This document shows, piece after piece, positions 1-8,641 of a stretch of 26,357 bases of DNA. The DNA lies in contig JAUWIS010000001.1 of the NCBI GenBank assembly GCA_030605245.1, positions 1 to 26,357 of the forward strand. Reading direction: 5' to 3'. This stretch comes from Methanobacteriota archaeon (GTDB lineage Archaea; Thermoplasmatota; JASEFT01; JAUWIS01). How positions within the stretch are numbered: position 1 is the stretch's first letter; each line of letters begins with the position of its first letter. The notes under the pieces were generated by a model. That model was not told where the DNA came from and ran no database searches. It worked only from the letters and a program-made list of their open reading frames with translations. A program made the position numbers and the translations under genes.

Positions 1-25
1 GATTGGTGTTAGGTATATTGTTGAC
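1..25. repeat. Terminal direct repeat, left copy (circular overlap)
   Basis: GATTGGTGTTAGGTATATTGTTGAC is identical to 26333-26357. Confidence 0.97.
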
Positions 26-173
26 AGTAGTGGTGATTGCAGACCATTGTAATGAGTGTGATGAGAGTTATAAATCGTGCAAGGAAGCATATTCCAATTG
101 TAAACTGAAAACAGGTGAGAACTGGCAAGATGCAATCGATATCAATTTCACTATTAATCAAGATACTGGCTAA
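1..173 (+). CDS. 3' part of junction-spanning 75-aa membrane-anchored Cys-containing protein (starts at 26278)
   Basis: After circularisation, ATG 26278 reads MRLFNKELLAAMILGSLFGLVLGILLTVVVIADHCNECDESYKSCKEAYSNC...QDTG* to TAA 171-173 with no stop. Confidence 0.8.
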   Translation, partial: LVLGILLTVVVIADHCNECDESYKSCKEAYSNCKLKTGENWQDAIDINFTINQDTG

Positions 174-318
174 AAACATCATATTTGGGATTATAATGTA
201 CAATATCATCAATACAGGGTACAGGTTACTTTGTCGAATTTATTATGACATACAGAAGTGGAGGTAAATTAATAGTTATAAACAGTTATATCAAAATATA
301 TAATTAAGGTATGGGAAA

Positions 319-1019
319 ATGATACAACAAAGACTGAAACCGTTGAGCATTAAAAGGGAAAGACCAGATTATCCACAGGTCAATTATGTAGATGATCGAG
401 GAGTCCAATGGATAGAACTCAATAGAGGATGTAAGCGGTTATGTCGTTTTTGTTGGGCTGATCCAAACTATAAGGTTTTTGATATTCCAAGGATAATTCG
501 GAATAAAGTCCAGATTATTGGAGAAAATGTAATGTTTGATCCTAATATTGAAAAGAAATTAAAGAAGCTTTCAGAAATAAAAGTCAATAACAAAGTAGTC
601 TATTATGGTCTGGGAAATGGATTCGATTATCGGCGTGTTACTCCAGAAATTGCCAAACTTGCAAGAGCTGCAAGGATAGGCAATATTAATAATAAAGGCA
701 ATTGGTACAAAGGAGTTAATCTTGCTTGGGATTTAGGGATAAATCAAGAGTATAAAGTTAAGAAAGCATTAAATTATTTTCTGAATGTTGGATATTATGC
801 CAACAGATCTAAAATATTTATACTGGTAAACTGGGAGATAACACTAAAAGAATGCCTGTATAAGTTTGAGAAGATCAAGGCAATGGGGCTAAGATAGATG
901 ATTGTACTTGGGAATGTACAAAAAGAAATTATATTCCTCTATATTGGGATTATCCAGAATATCGTAAGTTTAGGCATATGTGTAGAACACATAATATTAC
1001 ATTTAAGGGTAAACAATGA
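319..1019 (+). pseudogene. Radical SAM protein split by a -1 frameshift near 885-897
   Basis: CxxxCxxC motif (RGCKRLCRFC). Frame 1 stops at 897. The -1 frame continues KIDDCTWECTKRNYIPLYWDYPEYRKFRHMCRTHNYTFKGKQ* to TGA 1017-1019, overlapping the next ATG (ATGA). Confidence 0.75.
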
Positions 1020-1669
1020 GAGCTACAATATACGGTAGAGTATCAAAAGACGATAAGGAACAAGATCCTGAAAGACAATTTATCAAATGTAGAGATTATT
1101 GCAAACTACATGAACATGATGTGATGGGAGAATTTAAAGATTATATAACTGGCGACAGTACACCTTATGCAAGGGATGCGTTTTCTAAGATGATGGAATT
1201 AAAGCCAGAAGTTGTTATTGTATTCAGCATTGACAGGTTAAGCCGGCAACATCCAAACAAGATAATGTCATTATTAACTCAATTCAAAGATTCAGGTATA
1301 ATCATAGTTTCTATAACTGAAACACTTTTTAACATGGAATCGCCGTTTGCTGAACCATTACAATATTTTCTTACATGGTGGAATAACTATTTTTTAAAAA
1401 AACTCAAGGAAGATATTAAGTCCGGCATGGATAAAGCAAAACTCAATGGTGTACACATAGGCAGACCAAAATGTAAGTTCAATGAATACAGAGCATATCA
1501 ACTATTAATTATAGAAAAGAAGTCATTATCAGAGATAAGTAAGATACTTCAAGTTTCCAGGTCAACATTACACCGTTTCAAAAGGGTAGTGATAAAAAAC
1601 CCTAATTTATTTAAAAAACAACACCCTATCCCAAAACCAGATGGTTTTGGAACGAATAGAGAAAAATAA
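1016..1669 (+). CDS. Small serine recombinase (resolvase/invertase family) with C-terminal HTH
   Basis: N-terminal YGRVS catalytic motif, DRLSR motif, IKSGMDKAKLNGVHIGRP helix E, and C-terminal SLSEISKILQVSRSTLHR HTH. Confidence 0.93.
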   Translation: MRATIYGRVSKDDKEQDPERQFIKCRDYCKLHEHDVMGEFKDYITGDSTPYARDAFSKMMELKPEVVIVFSIDRLSRQHPNKIMSLLTQFKDSGIIIVSITETLFNMESPFAEPLQYFLTWWNNYFLKKLKEDIKSGMDKAKLNGVHIGRPKCKFNEYRAYQLLIIEKKSLSEISKILQVSRSTLHRFKRVVIKNPNLFKKQHPIPKPDGFGTNREK

Positions 1670-1760
1670 TAGAAAAACGCTTTTAAACAAAAAAGGCAGG
1701 GCAGTTTTTAAGTCAATTCGACAGAAGGGAATTGACCAGGCTATAAATCGCCGTCTTTGA
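1641..1760 (+). CDS. Possible 39-aa basic peptide ending inside the junction motif
   Basis: MVLERIEKNN...DQAINRRL*; its 3' end resembles that of ORF 12496-12633 (IINSSL*). Confidence 0.25.
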   Translation: MVLERIEKNNRKTLLNKKGRAVFKSIRQKGIDQAINRRL

Positions 1761-1761
1761 A
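1739..1761 (+). repeat. Inverted copy of the accessory-region junction motif
   Basis: GGCTATAAATCGCCGTCTTTGAA matches 14/16 to the minus-strand 12847-12868 copy, 17/20 to minus 12495-12514 and 12/12 to minus 13502-13513. Confidence 0.7.
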
Positions 1762-1764
1762 ACA

Positions 1765-1872
1765 ATGAGGATGATGAACATGGAATCAATACAAGAACGT
1801 GAAGAAAAACATCAAAAATGGATAACTGGTTGTCGTAAAGCATTCAAAGAATGTGAGGAACGAAAAAAGTAG
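1765..1872 (+). CDS. Hypothetical 35-aa protein
   Basis: Manual translation MRMMNMESIQEREEKHQKWITGCRKAFKECEERKK*; starts just after the motif. Confidence 0.4.
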   Translation: MRMMNMESIQEREEKHQKWITGCRKAFKECEERKK

Positions 1873-1914
1873 TGAGTAGATCTACCACGCCTTTTTTGTA
1901 ATTTATGAAGGATA

Positions 1915-2046
1915 ATGGCAAAATGCGAACATAATCGTATGGAATATTTTGGAATGAAAAGATTAATTGCTTGTGTAGATTGTGGAAAACATTGGCAATA
2001 TAATAGTATGGATAATTATTTTGTTCCGATAAATGAAGGGGTGTGA
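1915..2046 (+). CDS. 43-aa zinc-ribbon-like microprotein
   Basis: MAKCEHN...IACVDCGKHW: CxH plus CxxC; preceded by GAAGGA. Confidence 0.6.
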   Translation: MAKCEHNRMEYFGMKRLIACVDCGKHWQYNSMDNYFVPINEGV

Positions 2047-2084
2047 AGTAGCACCATTTACTAAGGTTCCTTTATAATAATAAA

Positions 2085-2133
2085 ATCCTAGTAAGATAAG
2101 GGAAACTGAGTAAAAACCTCATCCTACTAGGAT
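2085..2133. promoter_or_regulatory. Pair of 13-bp palindromes at the strand convergence (protein-binding or res-like site)
   Basis: ATCCTAGTAAGAT (2085-2097) and perfect ATCCTACTAGGAT (2121-2133), 36 nt apart. Confidence 0.5.
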
Positions 2134-2164
2134 AACAGGTGTTTTAGGTGTAATAATTAAGATA

Positions 2165-2398
2165 TTACCAAACCCTTCTACATACTGAGTGTGAAAAGTG
2201 GGAACGTTTCTTAAACTTTCGTGGTCGCATCTTCACATTTGACATTTTCCCGACAGAGCCTTTATGTTTCATAATACTTTCAGCTGCCTCTTTCCCAAAC
2301 TTCTTAACAAAGCATGGCGTTTCCATTGCCATGTCAAGGCACGACTTACGCTTCACAATCTTGCTTGAACCATAATATGTTGGCTTGAATAATCCCAT
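2165..2398 (-). CDS. Small basic protein, possible nucleoprotein
   Basis: K/R-rich (MRPRKFKKRS). The ATG at 2398 follows GAGGT, so it is the likelier start than 2431. Confidence 0.65.
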   Translation of the reverse strand: MGLFKPTYYGSSKIVKRKSCLDMAMETPCFVKKFGKEAAESIMKHKGSVGKMSNVKMRPRKFKKRSHFSHSVCRRVW

Positions 2399-2411
2399 TG
2401 TCTTTACCTCA

Positions 2412-2528
2412 TTAGTTTTTAACAGTCCCACAATACATACATACTAGTTTTCCTTTATCCAACAAACGTTTACCTGGTTGTGGAACAAATGAACAATGCC
2501 CCCATTTGCATTTTTTTCTTTTAAACAT
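2412..2528 (-). CDS. 38-aa zinc-finger-like microprotein
   Basis: MFKRKKCKWGHCSF...LVCMYCG; preceded by GGAGGG. Confidence 0.6.
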   Translation of the reverse strand: MFKRKKCKWGHCSFVPQPGKRLLDKGKLVCMYCGTVKN

Positions 2529-2546
2529 TTCAATCCCCTCCATTTC

Positions 2547-2843
2547 TTATTTTGACAGGAAAAACATCATCATTGAACCCATTGCCAGGATTAAGCATAT
2601 TATCAAACCAAGCACACTCATAAGACCTGACAGGAACGCGAATCCACCAATGAACATGATAAAAAAGCCAGTGAATAGCATAAACTCTTTGGCTTTATAA
2701 AAACTGAGGTTTATTATTACAATCGCACCTGAACATATCACTAGGAACAACCCAAACAACCCTTTCATAAGCCCATCATCAACACCCTGCATAACTTCAA
2801 GCGTGGTGTTTGCAGCTTTTAATATAGTGAGGTTGTAACTCAT
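2547..2843 (-). CDS. Multi-pass membrane protein, putative virion component
   Basis: Three hydrophobic segments and an N-terminal NLT/NTT sequon region; coupled to the upstream gene. Confidence 0.8.
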   Translation of the reverse strand: MSYNLTILKAANTTLEVMQGVDDGLMKGLFGLFLVICSGAIVIINLSFYKAKEFMLFTGFFIMFIGGFAFLSGLMSVLGLIICLILAMGSMMMFFLSK

Positions 2844-3304
2844 GCGTATATCCTCCCCATTAGTATAAGCAACACTGAAAGCACAAAGATGAAAAATAAG
2901 ATACCAAGCAACGTGAAAATGATATTATAAACTTGTTCAGCACCAATAATTTCCATTGTGGCTTGCATGATTTGCTGGAACGATATAAGATTCTGGCTTA
3001 TGAACACACCAATTTGATAAGTCAGACTGAAAAACCCAAACAACCCGCCGCCGGCGCTTTCTGTCACAGTCTGATTATAAAACTTGACAGTGATATTATC
3101 CATCTGCTCTTTTGTCTGATTTATGGTTGCGAATGCGCTATAAAGGCTTTTATTACCACCTTGCACATTATAATCAGTAAGATCTATTGGAACTTGATTT
3201 TCTGAGGCTAAGTGCATGAACAGGGAAAAAAAGCTAGTGAACACTAGAGCACCCATTATAAGGGCAACTATTGGCGTATGTAGTTGCATCTGTGCTCTTT
3301 TCAC
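2840..3304 (-). CDS. Membrane protein with class III (prepilin-like) signal peptide, putative minor virion protein
   Basis: MKRA|QMQL followed by a hydrophobic helix; NKS, NQT, NIT, NQT sequons; C-terminal TM. Confidence 0.8.
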   Translation of the reverse strand: MKRAQMQLHTPIVALIMGALVFTSFFSLFMHLASENQVPIDLTDYNVQGGNKSLYSAFATINQTKEQMDNITVKFYNQTVTESAGGGLFGFFSLTYQIGVFISQNLISFQQIMQATMEIIGAEQVYNIIFTLLGILFFIFVLSVLLILMGRIYA

Positions 3305-6108
3305 TCTTTACCCCTCCTTACCATATAAATCATCATGAATACAAAGACAGCCAGGAAATATAACCATCCAATATGAAACCCACTTATGAATCCGACAACT
3401 GAAACAGCGAGTATACCCATGAACATTATTATAACACTACCAGTTATTGTCGCAATACCCATTAATGCCAATGAACCTATAATGATAAGACTGAAAAATA
3501 TCCCTTCTTGAAGTAGTTGTGGTGCATTTTCAGTGATTATAACCCATATTGTGTTGAGGATATGATAACTGTTAGGTGTATTGGTATCAATCATTGCAAC
3601 AGCTTTATAATTTCCAATCCTAGACTTATCATACCTACAGGTCAGGGTAGCAGCCGTTGACAAAGTACAATTATAACAGATATTTTCAAGACCATCAGAA
3701 TTAATAAGATCAACTCTTAAACAGCCTTCACGAACAAGGTTTTGTGTATCTGTATACGTAAACCTAAAATAAGATAAGTTTCCGACAGTGACATTATCCA
3801 GGTTATAAAACGTGTTCCCATATTCTCGCCAACCCTCATATAAATCAGTTCGCAAGTTAAGAATATCTTGAGTATCAATAGAAAGGAAAGGGGTTGGGTC
3901 TGTTTCTTTTATGATGTTTCCAGTAACATCAATATAAATCATCTTATACCATACATCATAAAGCTCGACATATAACACAGCCTGACCTTCAAAGTTAGTC
4001 TGTGCCATCTGTACAGTCTTAAATTCGCTTGTTGTACCGCTCACATAATTTCTAAGCAGTTTTATTCTTATATTTATTGCAGGGTTGCTGTCCTGATCTA
4101 ACAAAGTATGAATAACACGCACCCCTACAGTATCATTCAACAAAAAGAGGTCAATATTTTGTGTGGTACTAGTATTAAGTGTGGCGTAATATGTTCTTGT
4201 ATAGTAGTTTGTAGCATAGTATCTTATTTCATATTCACCAAAAACCAAACCACTGATAAGCTGTTCACCAGTATTTGTGTTATGTATTTGTGATGTGTTG
4301 CCAGTGGTACTTATAATTTCCACATAAACTGTTGTTCCAGAAAGTTTAACTTGTGTTATTTCGTCATAGAATTGGAGAAAAACACCGGCAGAGGTTGCAT
4401 TAAGAACAACAACAACTGGCGTTTTATTAAGATAAAATGTGTCAGCGATTACAAAAAACCCAGACGCAGATCCAGACACTGTATAATTATTCTCAGGATC
4501 AAGCCAGAATGTTACATTATTAGTATTATTGGCGTATAAACTTTGATTACCGATTGTTGCAGTAAACTTTGATAGGAAAGTGCCGGAAGCGGTATCATTG
4601 ATTTTCACAGTCATGTTTGTTTGGATGATAAAGCTCACATTTACAGAATTATAGTTCAGACCGCCAAGAGAATCAAAAGCAATTTCGTGTGAGCTAGTCC
4701 AGATTTCAATATCATATTCATATTCATTAACCTTTATCACATTGTATAAGGCTTCTTTGTCAGCAAAATTTGCATCAAACCATATACCACCCATCCCATT
4801 GCTGCATGTGATATGTGCATTATAATCGGAATACCACATCTGTTTACAAGGATAATCAGCAGTGACAGTGAAAGTATACTTAAGACGCTCATCACCTTTC
4901 TTATCGAATTGGTAAACGGCAGAATGCCTATCACTCTTTTTCACGTCATAGAACTCTTTTAATTCTGTTTCACTATCTTTCAGTTTAATATCAAACTTAA
5001 TCCCACCCCACTCATCCGGCGATTTATAATTGATTTGATTTTCTTTTTCATCTTTGACAGGCTTAAAATCTTTGATTTTGTTATCTGTGTGTGCATCAGA
5101 AACCTCAAAGGTAACATAATATTTTCCGACAGACCACATACTCATATCAATACTCTGGTTCCATGTTCGTGTAGTATTCGGCGAATTATCTGCAACATAC
5201 TCAGTATACAACACACCCCCCGTGCTGTTTTTGATTGTTAGGTTAGTCTGGAACAAATAACTGTCTTGAGTTGAAGCATTAAACGTGAGAGTTCTGTTAG
5301 TGGTAAACCTTGTAGAGTTGTCAGATGCTGGATAGTTGACAGTAATAAATGGTTGTGAATTATCATAGATATATATAAAGACACCTGTGGAGCCATTGAG
5401 TCCGTCGCTCCGATTGCAAGAGACATAATAAAAATACTCCCCATCCAGAGACAGGCCCATCGTAAAATTAAGGGTAGTGTTTGCCGCCACATTGTCCGAA
5501 GTCAGATAATAAGTATCATTCACCGAGAGCGAACAATTCGCAACCATTGAGACATTATAAAGGACATCTAGGATTGTATTATTATGCGTCTCATTGGCTG
5601 GAGATATATGGTTAACTATAATCTCAGGGCTGGCGTTTGCTGCGCTTTCCGTAACTACTGCCAAGATTTCAAAATAATAATCTGTATAATTTATCCAATT
5701 ACTAGTCCCTCTATGCCAATTTATATTAACATCACCCTCTGGCAATCCTACAAGATTTTGATACTGTCGGTTATAATTTGCTCCACCATTATCACAAAGG
5801 ACAAAATATTGTAACCCTGCTGTAAGATTATAATTAAACCCTGTCGCATTGACACCACTAAAAAGTTTTTGCTGTAATAAATTCGCATCAGCATCGTATA
5901 GATATGCGTCCACGCAGCCACTCGCTGGGTGTTTTTCCATTGATATGAACATAACATCAAAGTTAGGTATTATTATCATACCTTCTTTATTAGATGTTCC
6001 ACTTGCCGAAGTCGGCAAGGTCGAGCTATGCATATCCTCAACTACCAAAGCACACACACTAGAAACTAGTAAGAATGACAAGATTGATATTATTATTATT
6101 TTTTTCAT
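3301..6108 (-). CDS. Large secreted beta-rich, Ig-like adhesin/spike protein with C-terminal membrane anchors
   Basis: Sec-type signal peptide, about 30 N-x-S/T sequons (manual count), T/S/N-rich beta-type segments and C-terminal hydrophobic helices. Confidence 0.8.
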   Translation of the reverse strand: MKKIIIISILSFLLVSSVCALVVEDMHSSTLPTSASGTSNKEGMIIIPNFDVMFISMEKHPASGCVDAYLYDADANLLQQKLFSGVNATGFNYNLTAGLQYFVLCDNGGANYNRQYQNLVGLPEGDVNINWHRGTSNWINYTDYYFEILAVVTESAANASPEIIVNHISPANETHNNTILDVLYNVSMVANCSLSVNDTYYLTSDNVAANTTLNFTMGLSLDGEYFYYVSCNRSDGLNGSTGVFIYIYDNSQPFITVNYPASDNSTRFTTNRTLTFNASTQDSYLFQTNLTIKNSTGGVLYTEYVADNSPNTTRTWNQSIDMSMWSVGKYYVTFEVSDAHTDNKIKDFKPVKDEKENQINYKSPDEWGGIKFDIKLKDSETELKEFYDVKKSDRHSAVYQFDKKGDERLKYTFTVTADYPCKQMWYSDYNAHITCSNGMGGIWFDANFADKEALYNVIKVNEYEYDIEIWTSSHEIAFDSLGGLNYNSVNVSFIIQTNMTVKINDTASGTFLSKFTATIGNQSLYANNTNNVTFWLDPENNYTVSGSASGFFVIADTFYLNKTPVVVVLNATSAGVFLQFYDEITQVKLSGTTVYVEIISTTGNTSQIHNTNTGEQLISGLVFGEYEIRYYATNYYTRTYYATLNTSTTQNIDLFLLNDTVGVRVIHTLLDQDSNPAINIRIKLLRNYVSGTTSEFKTVQMAQTNFEGQAVLYVELYDVWYKMIYIDVTGNIIKETDPTPFLSIDTQDILNLRTDLYEGWREYGNTFYNLDNVTVGNLSYFRFTYTDTQNLVREGCLRVDLINSDGLENICYNCTLSTAATLTCRYDKSRIGNYKAVAMIDTNTPNSYHILNTIWVIITENAPQLLQEGIFFSLIIIGSLALMGIATITGSVIIMFMGILAVSVVGFISGFHIGWLYFLAVFVFMMIYMVRRGKE

Positions 6109-6590
6109 CTTCCCGATTTAAATTTAGCGAATAATACGACAGTTCCAAGGAACGCCAACACTCCAAAGATAAAAGCCCAGTTATTAAGTAGGAAACCCAT
6201 TATTTGGAACTTACTGGCATCATCTACAACGCCGGCAGATGTTGAATAACTCCCATAAGTGTTTGAGAGGATTGCAATAGGAATAAGCATGAACCCTATA
6301 AGAATAACAACTATGAAATAAAAAGCAGGGTGTGTGTTAAGTACAAAGAATCCCGAAAAGATTGCCAGGACAAATAACACAAACATGGTAAGAAAAGCAT
6401 AATCCCATATGGTGTTGAATCTGCCGGCATTATCACTCATGATAGCTTTTGAGGCTGGCGAAGCATCACCATCAGCCCACCCTTCCCCAAACTCTCGCAT
6501 TATCTTAGAACCTGCAATTATTATAATGGCAACAGTGAACAGGATAATCCCAAATAGAAGAAAGTCTTGAACATACCCTCTTTTATTCAT
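6105..6590 (-). CDS. Multi-pass membrane protein with class III signal peptide, putative minor virion protein
   Basis: MNKRG|YVQD followed by a 20-aa hydrophobic stretch; three further TM segments. Confidence 0.8.
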   Translation of the reverse strand: MNKRGYVQDFLLFGIILFTVAIIIIAGSKIMREFGEGWADGDASPASKAIMSDNAGRFNTIWDYAFLTMFVLFVLAIFSGFFVLNTHPAFYFIVVILIGFMLIPIAILSNTYGSYSTSAGVVDDASKFQIMGFLLNNWAFIFGVLAFLGTVVLFAKFKSGR

Positions 6591-6769
6591 CTTTTTTTTG
6601 ATTTGAACCTCCCATATATTATTTTTGATAAGTATTCAGCATTTTCAAGGATTCGTTCACTGTCACGTAATGTTTGACTCATACCCTGCTTTCTATCATC
6701 ACTGATTGACTTAATCTTATTATAAAATGTGTCAGGCACCCGCATTAGTCGTGAATTCTTCCTATTCAT
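6587..6769 (-). CDS. Ribbon-helix-helix-like DNA-binding protein
   Basis: SRLMRVPDTFYNKIKSIS...MSQTLRD strand-helix-helix pattern. ATG 6769 overlaps the upstream stop region. Confidence 0.55.
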   Translation of the reverse strand: MNRKNSRLMRVPDTFYNKIKSISDDRKQGMSQTLRDSERILENAEYLSKIIYGRFKSKKR

Positions 6770-8534
6770 TTCCTTTACCCCCACCAATCCATCCGAGCCG
6801 TACCAGGAACCCAAACATAAGTCCCAGGAACCACATAGCAGTGATAAAGCTCATTATTAATATGATTGCTGTGTAAAATGCAGCCATGCTTGGCAACAGC
6901 ATTGAATCGCCCATCTCTGCCAGGTGTTGCACTATATTAGCGACTATCACCAGGAGCCAGCCAGACACAATCCAGACAAGATATTTCATGATAGGTATTT
7001 CCTGACCGTTAGCATCTTTGAAAAAGAAAAACTCAAGCCTATCAGCCAACTTCAACAGTACAAAGATAACACCAAGTATCAATAACCCCATAGTAAGATA
7101 AAGATTATTTTCTGTTGGGATTGTGCAAGGTTCATGAGTTGACACGTTATAAGGTGCTTGATTGATATCACAATCCGAGCTTAAATTAGTGAGAGCGCAA
7201 CATGACGCATAATTCCTGTCAGTGTACCCACGCTCTCTTGAGAATGCTGTACCGTTCCATGCACAAACTGATAATGAGGGGATAATATCTTGTGTGCAAT
7301 AGTTGCAGCTTAACCATGTACCATTATCACCAGGCACATAATCATGTGTACCGCAATTATGCGCATCTGTATAATACTTTTGATATGAATTGTTCACCAT
7401 GCACGGTGTATACTGTACTATCCAATCCTCTGTACAACCTTCATTGTATCCAATCTTCACACCAAGAAGCTGTGCGGTTTCGTTAAGGATTATTGTAGAA
7501 AACATTGATTTATACTGGAAATATCTGGCTGTGTAGTTGAATGTGAGTAGAGGGAAATTGAACGGGTTAAATGTACTATTTGTGCAATCGCTTATGTTAC
7601 AAGCTCTGACACTAATATTCAGTTTAGCAACGCCTCTATGATACATATTTTCAATGTCTTGCTGCTCTAAAACCTTATGAAATATAAAAGCCTCATCAAT
7701 TGTGCCATTTAATGGTACTATACCAAAAGTAAATAACACACCAAGTTTAGTATTATTGACAGTTGATTTTGTAAGTACACCACTATCCACATCATTTTGC
7801 AATATACCATTCACATAAAGTTGCATATGTGTGCCATTGTAAACACAAACAGCATGATACCATTCATCCTGTACAGGGACAAGATTAGAACTTGTATAAA
7901 CACCAAACCCCCATCCACAAGATACATTTTCAGTTGTACCAGCTTGTAGATTATAACCGTCAGGAATTCCTTGCATTCTTGAAATGATCCCTGCATTACT
8001 ATTAACACTGTTAAGTTTGAACCATGCACCATAAGACACGTAATCAACAAAGTCCATTGGCGTACTTTCAACAATATCAACATATCTAAAAAAAGTACCA
8101 TCAAACCCAAGCCCTGTCTTAATCACTCCTGGTTCTGAATAATATCCAGCGTTGTATGTACCGTTATTGTTTGAACCAGAATAATCCTGTATCACACCTG
8201 AACTCTCATCCAAGTGCATGAGAAGCACATTATCACTCATATTAACAGCATAAGGATCTATTATGTCCTGGCTTTGATAATTTGGTAATTCTCTTCCATA
8301 TATGCTACTGTTCCAGGTCATATTAAGCCATTGCGTACTGCTTTTATTACTGTCGTATATCTGGCTATAGTATTCACCTGTCCAGTATGTCTTATTAAGT
8401 TGAACATACCCTCCAAGGTTCAATGACGTGTTAAAGTAAGTGCCATTGAATGCAATACCACTTGTACTAAAATAATCAGCATTCACATTACATAAAACTA
8501 AAACAAAAATAAAAAAGAGTATATAGTTTCTCAT
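6762..8534 (-). CDS. LamG / concanavalin-A-like domain adhesin with Cys-rich region and C-terminal TMs
   Basis: LLMHLDE, WYHAVCVYNGTHMQLYVNG and GTIDEAFIF LamG motifs; signal peptide; about 20 sequons; three C-terminal TMs. Confidence 0.88.
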   Translation of the reverse strand: MRNYILFFIFVLVLCNVNADYFSTSGIAFNGTYFNTSLNLGGYVQLNKTYWTGEYYSQIYDSNKSSTQWLNMTWNSSIYGRELPNYQSQDIIDPYAVNMSDNVLLMHLDESSGVIQDYSGSNNNGTYNAGYYSEPGVIKTGLGFDGTFFRYVDIVESTPMDFVDYVSYGAWFKLNSVNSNAGIISRMQGIPDGYNLQAGTTENVSCGWGFGVYTSSNLVPVQDEWYHAVCVYNGTHMQLYVNGILQNDVDSGVLTKSTVNNTKLGVLFTFGIVPLNGTIDEAFIFHKVLEQQDIENMYHRGVAKLNISVRACNISDCTNSTFNPFNFPLLTFNYTARYFQYKSMFSTIILNETAQLLGVKIGYNEGCTEDWIVQYTPCMVNNSYQKYYTDAHNCGTHDYVPGDNGTWLSCNYCTQDIIPSLSVCAWNGTAFSRERGYTDRNYASCCALTNLSSDCDINQAPYNVSTHEPCTIPTENNLYLTMGLLILGVIFVLLKLADRLEFFFFKDANGQEIPIMKYLVWIVSGWLLVIVANIVQHLAEMGDSMLLPSMAAFYTAIILIMSFITAMWFLGLMFGFLVRLGWIGGGKGNE

Positions 8535-8641
8535 TCTGCTTTGACTTCTTTCTTCTTAAACCGTTCTGGAAACAATTTCCGCTGTATTTCAATCACAGCG
8601 TTTTCAAGCGCATCTAGTCTTATACCTACTTCATAATCCAT
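8531..8641 (-). CDS. 36-aa hypothetical protein
   Basis: MDYEVGIRLDALENAVIEIQRKLFPERFKKKEVKAE*; exactly fills the gap, with TAAATG and ATGA coupling on either side. Confidence 0.65.
   Translation of the reverse strand: MDYEVGIRLDALENAVIEIQRKLFPERFKKKEVKAE

Noticed and set aside
1-25. Biological terminal repeat of a linear genome
   Set aside because: It lies inside an ORF that is only intact on circularisation, so an assembler overlap is more likely.
895-897. TAG reassignment (alternative genetic code)
   Set aside because: The continuation is in the -1 frame, and all long ORFs are intact under the standard code.
1338-1350. Extra junction-motif copy AATCGCCGTTTGC inside the recombinase gene
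   Set aside because: Only the right half matches, and it lies in coding sequence (MESPFA); may be chance.
1016-1669. IS607 transposase or large serine integrase
   Set aside because: The HTH is C-terminal, no TnpB follows, and at 217 aa there is no room for recombinase/zinc-ribbon domains.
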